NCBI GenBank assembly: GCA_021161305.1
Contig: JAGHAW010000188.1
Location: 1 to 32,771, forward strand
Direction of reading: 5' to 3'
Length of the DNA: 32,771 nt
Source of the DNA: Sulfurimonas sp.
GTDB taxonomy: Bacteria > Campylobacterota > Campylobacteria > Campylobacterales > Sulfurimonadaceae
The notes under the pieces are model-generated. The model ran no database searches. It was not told the origin of the DNA and saw only the letters and a list, made by a program, of their open reading frames with translations. Made by a program: the position numbers and the translations under genes. Below are positions 9,405 to 18,645 of the stretch, in pieces. Position 1 is the first letter of the stretch. Each line of letters begins with the position of its first letter.

Positions 9405-9408
9405 GTTT

Positions 9409-10089
9409 ATGACTAAAGATATAAAATTTTTAGAAGAGAGTTTAGGATATAAATTCAGAGATAAAAAGCTCATTATCGAAGCGCTGACACATAAAAGTTA
9501 CAAACAGCCCTACGATAATGAGCGTCTGGAATTTTTAGGTGATGCTGTTTTGGATTTGATAGTTGGTGAGTTTTTATATAAAAAATTTCCAAAATCTGCG
9601 GAGGGAAATTTATCTAAAATTAGAGCTTCTCTTGTTAATGAGAGTGGATTTGATAAATTGGCACGTTATCTTAAGCTTGGAGATTTTATCTATCTCTCTA
9701 ATGCTGAAGAAAATAATGGTGGTAGAGAGAAATCTTCTCTTCTTTCAAACGCTTTTGAAGCCGTTATGGGTGCTATTTATCTTGAATCTGGTCTAAAAAT
9801 TGTTAATGATATTGCTGTAAAACTTATAGAAGACAATTATCAGGAAATATCTCTTGACTCTCTGTTTAGAGATTTTAAAACTACTTTGCAGGAACTTACA
9901 CAGGCTAGATGTGGAATGACACCAGAGTATAAGGTAGTAGCTAGTCGTGGACCTGACCATCTAAAAGAGTTTGAGGTAGCTGTTTTTATAGAAGATAAAG
10001 AGTTTGCAAGAGCCGTTGGAAAAAGTAAAAAAATTGCACAGCAAGAGGCTGCTGAGTTAGCTATTGATGTATTACAAAGGAAGAAGTAG
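9409..10089 (+). CDS. rnc: Ribonuclease III
   Basis: ALTHKS, NERLEFLGDAVL, NAFEAVMGAIYL, and dsRBD 'DFKTTLQELTQ...GKSKKIAQQEAA'. ATG 9409 with AGGAG at 9397-9401. Confidence 0.98.
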   Translation: MTKDIKFLEESLGYKFRDKKLIIEALTHKSYKQPYDNERLEFLGDAVLDLIVGEFLYKKFPKSAEGNLSKIRASLVNESGFDKLARYLKLGDFIYLSNAEENNGGREKSSLLSNAFEAVMGAIYLESGLKIVNDIAVKLIEDNYQEISLDSLFRDFKTTLQELTQARCGMTPEYKVVASRGPDHLKEFEVAVFIEDKEFARAVGKSKKIAQQEAAELAIDVLQRKK

Positions 10090-11162
10090 TGAATAGTTTT
10101 GGTCAGAAGTTAAGGTTTAGCACTTTTGGTGAATCTCATGGAACGGCTCTTGGTTGTTTGCTTGATGGTGTTCCGGCTGGATTAGAAATAGATGAAAAGT
10201 TTATACAGAGTGAACTAGATCGTAGAAAACCAGGGAAAAGTGAGTTTGAGACAGCAAGAAAAGAGGCTGATAAAGTAGAGATACTTAGTGGTGTTTTTGA
10301 AGGTAAAAGCACCGGTACTCCCATTGCCATGATTATCTATAATACAAATCAAAAATCAAAAGATTATACAAATATAAAAGATGTTTTTCGTCCGGGACAT
10401 GCTGATTTTACATATTTTCATAAGTATGGCATTAGAGATTATCGTGGTGGTGGTAGAAGCTCTGCAAGAGAGACGGCAGCCAGAGTTGCCGCTGGTGCTA
10501 TTGCAAAACTGATGCTCAACACTCTCGATATTTCTGTTTATAGTGGTATTAGTGAAATTGCAGGCATCAAGTCTGAAACTTATGATTATTCATATGCTAA
10601 AAAGAGTATTATCTACGCTCTTGATGCCAATAAAGAGGAGGCTCAAAAAGAGGCTGTTTTAAAGGCTAAGAAGAGTCATGATTCTGTTGGTGGAGTCTCA
10701 AGAGTTTTAATAAAAGGAACGCCGGTAGGCTTGGGACAACCACTCTACTATAAACTTGATGCAATTCTAGCAGATGCTATGATGGGGATAAATGCTGTTA
10801 AAGCTGTTGAGATTGGTGATGGAATTTTAAGTGCATCTGCATTAGGTTCACAAAATAATGATGAGATAAGAGCAGATGGTTTTGAATCAAATCACTCGGG
10901 TGGAATCTTAGGTGGTATCAGTAACGGTGAAGATATAGTAATGAATGTATATTTTAAACCTACACCATCTATATTTAAAGAGCAACATACTGTGACAACT
11001 AAAAATGCAGAGGTTGATTTTGCTTTAAAAGGAAGACATGACCCATGTGTAGCAATCCGAGGAACAGTTGTTTGTGAATCTATGGCTGCTTTGGTTATAG
11101 CAGATATGTTGCTCCTAAATATGGGTTCAAATATGGATGGATTTAGTAAATATTATAGTTGA
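10089..11162 (+). CDS. aroC: Chorismate synthase
   Basis: TFGESHG, RPGHAD, RGGGRSSARETAARVAAG, GRHDPC. Confidence 0.98.
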   Translation: MNSFGQKLRFSTFGESHGTALGCLLDGVPAGLEIDEKFIQSELDRRKPGKSEFETARKEADKVEILSGVFEGKSTGTPIAMIIYNTNQKSKDYTNIKDVFRPGHADFTYFHKYGIRDYRGGGRSSARETAARVAAGAIAKLMLNTLDISVYSGISEIAGIKSETYDYSYAKKSIIYALDANKEEAQKEAVLKAKKSHDSVGGVSRVLIKGTPVGLGQPLYYKLDAILADAMMGINAVKAVEIGDGILSASALGSQNNDEIRADGFESNHSGGILGGISNGEDIVMNVYFKPTPSIFKEQHTVTTKNAEVDFALKGRHDPCVAIRGTVVCESMAALVIADMLLLNMGSNMDGFSKYYS

Positions 11163-11164
11163 TT

Positions 11165-11173
11165 TGTTATAAT
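11165..11173 (+). promoter_or_regulatory. Extended -10 promoter (TGnTATAAT)
   Basis: TGTTATAAT about 24 nt upstream of the lipoprotein start, with AAGGAG RBS in between. Confidence 0.6.
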
Positions 11174-11196
11174 ATTAGTATCTTAAAGGAGTTTAA

Positions 11197-11379
11197 ATGT
11201 TTAAAAATATGAAAGCGTTGGTTATCGCATTTATTGCTATTACACTTATGTTTGGTTGTAAGGGACCACCTCGACCTGGGCTTCATAGAGCACCTCCACC
11301 TGCACATACGGGGATGTCAGCTGATGAAAAGGCTCAAAGAGCATCTGAGAGAGCTTTAGATAAACTTGATAACGAGTAG
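11197..11379 (+). CDS. Small proline-rich putative lipoprotein
   Basis: AAGGAG RBS; basic N-terminus and hydrophobic stretch ending in a lipobox-like MFGC; own -10 element. Confidence 0.7.
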   Translation: MFKNMKALVIAFIAITLMFGCKGPPRPGLHRAPPPAHTGMSADEKAQRASERALDKLDNE

Positions 11380-11381
11380 GT

Positions 11382-11651
11382 TTAAAGAACCATCTTAATA
11401 TTTTGATGCTTTTTTAGAGCCTCGAAGATGAAATTTCTTTCATCTTCGTTTTGTATAACTAAATCCAGATTCATACTGATATATTTGCCCTTTTTACTGG
11501 CATTTGAGTGAGTTAGATTGTGTTCTCTTTCAAGTATGACATCATGGATGGCTTTTTGTATAGCCTCTTTTTCATAACCTATAAGCTTATAAGACCAAGA
11601 ACATGGATATTCAAGCTCTAGTTTCTTTTTACTATCGTTTATAATCTCCAT
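11382..11651 (-). CDS. DUF493/HP0495 (YbeD-like) family protein
   Basis: '[13 protein letters not shown]', '[14 protein letters not shown]', C-terminal 'IKMVL'. Confidence 0.88.
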   Translation of the reverse strand: MEIINDSKKKLELEYPCSWSYKLIGYEKEAIQKAIHDVILEREHNLTHSNASKKGKYISMNLDLVIQNEDERNFIFEALKKHQNIKMVL

Positions 11652-12102
11652 TAATTCCCCCTGATTTTTCTTCTAGTTGAATCTTGTGCAGTATCATACC
11701 TTTATCTATCGCTTTTACCATATCGTAAATTGTTAAAAGTCCTATGCTAACACCTGTTAGTGCTTCCATCTCAACACCGGTTTGTCCTGTTAGTTTTGTG
11801 GTAACTGTTAGTTTAAAACCGGGAAGTTCAGGCAGTTCTTCAACATCACAGTTAATTCCACTTAGAGTTAAGGGGTGGCACATAGGGATAAGTGTACTTG
11901 TTTGCTTAACACCCATGATAGCGGCAATAACAGCTGTTTGAAGTACTGGACCTTTTTTGTTAGCTTCACCTACTATATTGTTATAAGCTTCACTACTCAT
12001 CTCTATGCTTCCGCTAGCTATCGCAATTCTTGTTGTTGGGTTTTTATCTGAAACATCAACCATCTTTGGTCTCTGATTGTCATCTAAGTGTGTTAGGTTC
12101 AT
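11632..12102 (-). CDS. moaC: Cyclic pyranopterin monophosphate synthase
   Basis: [42 protein letters not shown]. Confidence 0.97.
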   Translation of the reverse strand: MNLTHLDDNQRPKMVDVSDKNPTTRIAIASGSIEMSSEAYNNIVGEANKKGPVLQTAVIAAIMGVKQTSTLIPMCHPLTLSGINCDVEELPELPGFKLTVTTKLTGQTGVEMEALTGVSIGLLTIYDMVKAIDKGMILHKIQLEEKSGGINGDYKR

Positions 12103-12117
12103 AATCTACTTCTTTAT

Positions 12118-12708
12118 TTATTTTTTTGTATTATAGCCAATAAGTGTTAGTGCTTCTTGATACTCATGAGGATGATTTAGATTTAGAAATGGTTTTTCAT
12201 CACTAAAATCTACAAATGAAGTTTTTGAGGAGTTAAGTAAAAATCCTAGTTTATGATTCTCTGTTTTTAGCATATGGGTAAATCTATTTTCAAGTGAGCG
12301 GTGATATATACCACACATCGGTTGCATTTTATCCCTCAATTTAGCAATAGTTGCATCTAAGTGTGGATTATCAGCTTCTATAATTTTATTTACTGTTTTT
12401 TTATCTATAAAAGGAGTATCTACGCTGATAGCAAAAAAACTATCATCTTTTAACTCTCTGAAAATTGAAATAAAACCTGCTGTTGGGGCAAAAACTTTAT
12501 CGGTCGGTAGATCTTCTATAAAGTTTGCAGAAAAATTAAACTTTTCTCTATTTTTGCATGAGATGTAAACAGTTTTAAAAATCTTACTGAGATGAGAGAG
12601 TTGAAACTCTGTGAGTGTATTGAATCTTCCAAAAGGAAGAAGAGATTTATCTTCTCCCATTCTAGAACTTTTGCCACCTGCAAAGATGACGCAAGGAATA
12701 TTTAACAT
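12118..12708 (-). CDS. mobA: Molybdenum cofactor guanylyltransferase
   Basis: [27 protein letters not shown]; adjacent to moaC. Confidence 0.93.
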   Translation of the reverse strand: MLNIPCVIFAGGKSSRMGEDKSLLPFGRFNTLTEFQLSHLSKIFKTVYISCKNREKFNFSANFIEDLPTDKVFAPTAGFISIFRELKDDSFFAISVDTPFIDKKTVNKIIEADNPHLDATIAKLRDKMQPMCGIYHRSLENRFTHMLKTENHKLGFLLNSSKTSFVDFSDEKPFLNLNHPHEYQEALTLIGYNTKK

Positions 12709-13791
12709 CTAGTTTTTAGTCAGTTTAGCTTCTATTCTTCTGTTTTGAGCACGACCCTCAGCAGTATCGTTTGTCTCAATAGGGTTAGCTTCACCCATAC
12801 CTGTTGCACTAACTCTATTCTCAGAGACACCTCTCTCGATTATCATATCTTTTACAGTATTTGCTCTGTTTTGTGATAATTTTTGATTGCTTGATTCGCG
12901 ACCAACACTATCTGTGTAACCAACTATTTCAGCACTATAGTGAGGAGTTGCTTTTAAGAAATCAACAAATCTCTGAATATTAGCGTGAGATTGCTCATCA
13001 ACATCATAAGAAGCATTTTCAAAGTTGATATGCAGATTTACTTCTGTTATACAGCCATCGGCATCAACTTTTGTAACCTCTTTTGGAGTATTTGGACACT
13101 TGTCAATAGAGTTTAAAACACCATCGTTATCGTCATCTCCATCTATAAAACAACCCTCAGCATTAACACTTTTACCTGCCTCAGTTGTAGGACACTTATC
13201 AACAGAGTTTAAAATACCGTCATTATCATCATCGCCATCAATTGGAGCTACTGCTGCAACCGGTGCAGTTTCGGCAGGAGAACCACCAAACGCATAGTTT
13301 AAACCAGCTAAAAGAGCCAGATTGCTGTCATATCTACCATCATTATGTTTTATCATATGTACAGCTTCAAGTTTTAAAGCTAAGGCATCTGTAAATGGAA
13401 CTTTTGCACCAAGTCCAATATTCATAAAAGGAGAGTTGTCATTTTGAGATTTGCTTGTGCTTAGACTCTCGTAACCAACACCAAATTTAGCGATAGGAAT
13501 CATACCAAAAATTTTATCATGTTCATGTACTGCATTTAGAGCCACACGATAGATATTTGTGCTACCAGTGTAACCATTTTCATAGTCTGCGTTAGTGTAA
13601 AGAACAGAAAGCTCAGGACTTGCAATAGCATTAAAACCATTGTACTGAAACTCTGCACCAACAAGAACTTGGTCTTTGATGTTTATATTGCCTTCAGCAA
13701 TGTTGTAACCTATAACAGGTGTGATTTCGTAATCATGTGCTACTAGAGCAGAACTTAGCATTAATGCCGGAATTAAAAGTAACTTTTTCAT
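12709..13791 (-). CDS. OmpA/OprF family outer membrane protein (CadF-like) with thrombospondin type-3 repeats
   Basis: Signal peptide; beta-barrel region; two 'DGDDDNDGxLNSxDKCP' repeats; OmpA C-domain 'GYTDSVG...NQKLSQNRA...GRAQNRRIEA'. Confidence 0.92.
   Translation of the reverse strand: MKKLLLIPALMLSSALVAHDYEITPVIGYNIAEGNINIKDQVLVGAEFQYNGFNAIASPELSVLYTNADYENGYTGSTNIYRVALNAVHEHDKIFGMIPIAKFGVGYESLSTSKSQNDNSPFMNIGLGAKVPFTDALALKLEAVHMIKHNDGRYDSNLALLAGLNYAFGGSPAETAPVAAVAPIDGDDDNDGILNSVDKCPTTEAGKSVNAEGCFIDGDDDNDGVLNSIDKCPNTPKEVTKVDADGCITEVNLHINFENASYDVDEQSHANIQRFVDFLKATPHYSAEIVGYTDSVGRESSNQKLSQNRANTVKDMIIERGVSENRVSATGMGEANPIETNDTAEGRAQNRRIEAKLTKN
13088..13239 (-). repeat. Intragenic duplication encoding two TSP3-like Ca-binding repeats
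   Basis: DGDDDNDGILNSVDKCPTT versus DGDDDNDGVLNSIDKCPNT. Confidence 0.8.
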
Positions 13792-13821
13792 TTTTTTCCT
13801 TTGTTGTGTTGTGTTTAAATT

Positions 13822-15081
13822 TTATCTTGGATCTGTAATATAGCCTGCTATAGCAGAGATTGCTGCAACAGCAGAGTTTGCTAAATAGACTTTAGAGCTT
13901 CTTGAACCCATGCGACCAACGAAATTACGGTTAGTAGTTGAAACGGCTACTTCACCATCTCCAAGTATCCCCATATATCCACCTAAACATGCTCCACAAG
14001 TAGGGTTACTTACAACTCCACCGGCATCTATAATAGCATCAATATACCCAAGTCTAAACGCCTCTTTTAAGATTTTTTGAGTTCCTGGTGTTACGATAAG
14101 GCGAACATCTTCGTGAACCCTTTTGCCTTTTAAAATCTCTGCTGCAATTTTTAAGTCACCTAAACGACCATTTGTACAGCTTCCGATAAAAGATTGGTCT
14201 ATTTTGATATTATCTTTTACAGCTTGAGTTATAGAGTGACCATTTGACGGTAAAAATGGGTAAGCTATAACCGGTTCAAGATTTGCAACATCTATCTCTA
14301 AAGTTTGCACATAAACTGCATCTTTATCAGAGTAGTGAATACGAGGCTCTCTTGCTAAATCTTTATCTGCTAAAAAATCTTTTGTAACATCATCATAAGC
14401 TATTATTCCACTCTTTGCACCAGCTTCTATAGCCATATTACACATGCTAAATCTATCGTCCATATTTAAGTAGGCGATTGTACTACCAACAAACTCTAAA
14501 GTTTTGTATAAAGCACCATCAACACCTAATATACGAACAATCTCTAAGATAATATCTTTACCCGTTGTATGTTCTTTAGGTTTTCCACTTAAAACAACCT
14601 TGATAGATTCAGGAACTTTAAACCAGTTTCCCCCACTTATCATGGCAAAGGCTAAATCAGTTGAACCCATACCAGTTGAAAATGCACTCAAGGCACCGTG
14701 AGTACAAGTGTGAGAATCAGCACCGATAATAACATCACCGGGGACTACAAGACCTTTTTCAGGAAGTAAGGCGTGCTCTATCCCCATATCTTTCTCATCA
14801 AAAAAGTTCTTTAACTTATGTTTTTTAGCAAAATCACGACTGATTCTAGCTTGATTCGCAGAAGCTATATCTTTTGCAGGGATAAAGTGGTCAAGAACTA
14901 TAGAAAATCCATCTGGATTAGCAAGTTTCTCTGCCCCACTATCTTCAAAAGCTTTGATAGAGATAGGAGTTGTAATATCATTTCCGATAACTAAGTCGAT
15001 ATTTGAGCGAACAATCTCACCTGCAAAAACTTTTCTGCCAACATGCTCTGAAAATATTTTTTCTGTTATAGTTTGAGCCAT
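13822..15081 (-). CDS. leuC: 3-isopropylmalate dehydratase large subunit (short type-2 LeuC/HacA form)
   Basis: QTITEKIF, DHFIP, GADSHTCTHGA, FIGSCTNGR, CGACLG, STTNRNFVGRMG; 419 aa. Confidence 0.92.
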   Translation of the reverse strand: MAQTITEKIFSEHVGRKVFAGEIVRSNIDLVIGNDITTPISIKAFEDSGAEKLANPDGFSIVLDHFIPAKDIASANQARISRDFAKKHKLKNFFDEKDMGIEHALLPEKGLVVPGDVIIGADSHTCTHGALSAFSTGMGSTDLAFAMISGGNWFKVPESIKVVLSGKPKEHTTGKDIILEIVRILGVDGALYKTLEFVGSTIAYLNMDDRFSMCNMAIEAGAKSGIIAYDDVTKDFLADKDLAREPRIHYSDKDAVYVQTLEIDVANLEPVIAYPFLPSNGHSITQAVKDNIKIDQSFIGSCTNGRLGDLKIAAEILKGKRVHEDVRLIVTPGTQKILKEAFRLGYIDAIIDAGGVVSNPTCGACLGGYMGILGDGEVAVSTTNRNFVGRMGSRSSKVYLANSAVAAISAIAGYITDPR

Positions 15082-15111
15082 TTTGTGAACCTTCTAATTT
15101 ATAATTTCGCG

Positions 15112-15120
15112 ATTATACCA
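15112..15120 (-). promoter_or_regulatory. Extended -10 promoter for the leuC-ompA-mobA-moaC run
   Basis: ATTATACCA on + reads TGGTATAAT on -, about 30 nt upstream of the leuC ATG. Confidence 0.65.
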
Positions 15121-15304
15121 TTTAAGATTTAAAATTATGACACTCTTTTTTAATTACCAAAAACTTCTTTTAGTAAATCTGTAATTTGAGCAGCTGTATT
15201 TGTTCGAATCTCTCCCTCTTTAATTTAGGTTATGCAAGAAGTCTAATATTTGAATAGATTTTCCATATATGAGGTTAATAAGTATTTTTTAGTGAGTATA
15301 ATAG

Positions 15305-15370
15305 CAGAGTGACGATTTAATATCAGATCAAGCTTTATATGTGGCTAAAAATACAGGGAGAAACTGTATA
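15305..15370 (+). pseudogene. Relic of a GGDEF (diguanylate cyclase) domain C-terminus
   Basis: Translates QSDDLISDQALYVAKNTGRNCI, matching ADxALYxAKxxGRN; in-frame TAG at 15302-15304 and no start codon. Confidence 0.75.
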
Positions 15371-15401
15371 AATAAAGGTTTTTACTCCTTAGGTATGAAA
15401 A

Positions 15402-15905
15402 TTAAATCTCATACTTTAGAGCTTTTTTTGTAAACTCTGTTGAGCAGAAAAATATTGCAATAAAAACAGGGTTCATTTTTACACTATCATCTTCAATACT
15501 CTCAAAAACTTTAAAATTAAATCCTCCCCCATCATTTTGATTTTGTGGAGTTACTATAAACTCGATAGGAGCAAGGGTTCTAACCATATTTATGATAGCT
15601 TTTCTCTTTTTATCACTCTTCTCAGCCAAGATATTAAAGTCAGGTTCTTGGGAATTTCTATGAGATAGTAAAACTTCTTCTAAAACCATTAGTTTATCTT
15701 TAAATACCACTTTGTTCCATCTTATCGTTGTATTATTAGAGCTAATTTTACACTCTTTATAGATTAGAGGATTTGGTTTCTTAGTTTTCATTGCTTCGAT
15801 TAGAGCTAAAAGAAAATTAACTCCACCAACATTTTCGGCAGCTTTTTTCATAAATAGATGAATCAGAGCCTTTATATCATTACTTTGTTTATTAAAATTA
15901 CACAT
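15402..15905 (-). CDS. Hypothetical protein divergent from nifS
   Basis: 167-aa ORF with AAGG RBS and TATAAT at 15925-15930 on -; no motif recognised. Confidence 0.75.
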   Translation of the reverse strand: MCNFNKQSNDIKALIHLFMKKAAENVGGVNFLLALIEAMKTKKPNPLIYKECKISSNNTTIRWNKVVFKDKLMVLEEVLLSHRNSQEPDFNILAEKSDKKRKAIINMVRTLAPIEFIVTPQNQNDGGGFNFKVFESIEDDSVKMNPVFIAIFFCSTEFTKKALKYEI

Positions 15906-16020
15906 TATTTTACCTTTAAATGGAATTATACCTTAAAGGTACCCTTAAATAAAATAGTAAGTCAGTTTCACTTAAGCATATCGTAATAACAAAGCTATTA
16001 TTATGTCAAAAGTAAAAGAG

Positions 16021-16033
16021 GACAAAAATTGTC
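16021..16033. promoter_or_regulatory. Palindromic operator candidate GACAA-AAA-TTGTC upstream of nifS
   Basis: Perfect 5-3-5 inverted repeat ending 35 nt before the nifS start. Confidence 0.45.
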
Positions 16034-16055
16034 TTAATTAAATTATTATCTATAA

Positions 16056-17276
<1,221 letters not shown>

Positions 17277-17279
17277 CAC

Positions 17280-17372
17280 TCTCGTTCCCATGCTCCAGCG
17301 TGGTAACGGATAGATAAACTAAAGTATGCATTCCCACGCAAAGCATGGGAACGAGACAACTTGGGAACGAGA
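17280..17372. repeat. REP-like inverted doublet (REPIN-like) plus a partial third copy
   Basis: TCTCGTTCCCATGCTCCAGCGTGGTAACG (17280-17308), inverted GCATTCCCACGCAAAGCATGGGAACGAGA (17328-17356), and extra TGGGAACGAGA (17362-17372). Confidence 0.75.
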
Positions 17373-17522
17373 ACGCACTAGTGCGTTGGGCTCTCTGCCG
17401 AAGAGAACGCAGCGTTCAGAAAAAAATTTAGTTTTTTTCTAAGTCGTGCTTTAGCACAGAAGCGTAGCAAAAGGAATTACTTCCTTTTGCGTTATATTAA
17501 AATGAAGGTTTCCTTCATTTTA
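17372..17522. repeat. Chain of short palindromes/hairpins
   Basis: AACGCACTAGTGCGTT; GAACGC-A-GCGTTC; AGAAAAAAA-N5-TTTTTTTCT; GTGCT-TT-AGCAC; GCAAAAGGAA-N4-TTCCTTTTGC; TAAAATGAAGG-N3-CCTTCATTTTA. Confidence 0.8.
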
Positions 17523-17547
17523 TGAAATAAAATTAAGGAATATAAAT

Positions 17548-18528
17548 ATGGCAAAAGATGATTTACTAGGGGCTTCTTTGTGGGATGCCTACTCAAATAA
17601 AGTAACAACGCTTATGAATAACCCTCAGCATCAAGGTGAGATTTTTCAAGCTGAGGCTGAAAAAAGGGGACATAAACTTATTGTTGCTGATTTTGGTGCA
17701 GAATCTTGTGGTGACGCAGTTCGTCTCTACTGGGAGATTGACCCGAAAACAGACATAATTGTAAACTCAAAATTTAAAAGTTTTGGTTGTGGTACGGCTA
17801 TAGCATCAAGTGATGTTATGACTGAGCTTTGTATCGGTAAAACAGTAGCAGAAGCTGTAAAAATTACAAATATTGATGTTGAACTTGCTCTTCGTGATAA
17901 TCCTGATACTCCAGCAGTCCCACCTCAAAAGATGCACTGTTCGGTTATGGCTTATGATGTTATCAAAAAAGCTGCAGGACTTTATATGGGTGTTGATTCG
18001 GAGAGTTTTGAAGAAGAGATTATAGTTTGCGAGTGTGCTAGAGTTAGCTTGGGAACTGTTAAAGAAGTTATCAGACTTAATAATTTAAAAACAGTTGAGC
18101 AGATAACAGACTATACAAAAGCTGGTGGTTTTTGTAAATCTTGTATTAGACCAGGTGGGCATGAAGCAAGAGAGTACTATTTAGTAGATATTTTAGCAGA
18201 TACTCGTAAAGAGATGGATGAGGAAAAGATGAAAGCTGCCGCTGATGCTAGTGCAAGTGGTGAAGCTAAATTTGAAAATATGACTTTAGTTCAGCAAATC
18301 AAGGCAGTTGATGCAGTAATAGATGAAAATGTTCGCCAATTCCTAATCATGGATGGTGGAAATATGGAAGTTATCGACATTAAAAAAGGTGATGATTACG
18401 TTGATATTTATATTCGATATATGGGAGCATGTAGTGGTTGTGCTTCTTCATCAACAAGTACTCTTTATGCGATAGAATCAACTCTGAAAGATAAACTTTC
18501 TAAAAATATTCGCGTTCTTCCTATTTAA
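17548..18528 (+). CDS. nifU: Fe-S scaffold protein NifU (IscU + BFD-like 2Fe-2S + Nfu domains)
   Basis: SCGD, FGCGTAIASS, KMHCS; CECARV...GGFCKSC; DGG...GACSGC. Confidence 0.96.
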   Translation: MAKDDLLGASLWDAYSNKVTTLMNNPQHQGEIFQAEAEKRGHKLIVADFGAESCGDAVRLYWEIDPKTDIIVNSKFKSFGCGTAIASSDVMTELCIGKTVAEAVKITNIDVELALRDNPDTPAVPPQKMHCSVMAYDVIKKAAGLYMGVDSESFEEEIIVCECARVSLGTVKEVIRLNNLKTVEQITDYTKAGGFCKSCIRPGGHEAREYYLVDILADTRKEMDEEKMKAAADASASGEAKFENMTLVQQIKAVDAVIDENVRQFLIMDGGNMEVIDIKKGDDYVDIYIRYMGACSGCASSSTSTLYAIESTLKDKLSKNIRVLPI

Positions 18529-18564
18529 TATTTTCACATGCCAACTACTGGCATGTGAAAATAT
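18528..18564 (+). terminator. Perfect 16-bp hairpin after nifU
   Basis: ATATTTTCACATGCCA-ACTAC-TGGCATGTGAAAATAT. Confidence 0.7.
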
Positions 18565-18645
18565 ATCTACCTATATAATTTCTGTTTAGTTTTTAATATT
18601 ATATTTTGCATATATATAATAAAATGCAGGCACTAAGGTGTAGAT

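Noticed and set aside
9391-9408. rnc start at ATG 9391
   Set aside because: It lies inside the terminal repeat with no SD; ATG 9409 has AGGAG.
13088-13239. Novel repeat in the OmpA gene
   Set aside because: Explained by known TSP3-like Ca-binding linker repeats of OprF/CadF-type proteins.
17280-17522. CRISPR array or integron attC array
   Set aside because: Units are inverted or unrelated rather than regularly spaced direct repeats; no cas or integrase gene; no GTTRRRY/RYYYAAC arrangement recognised.
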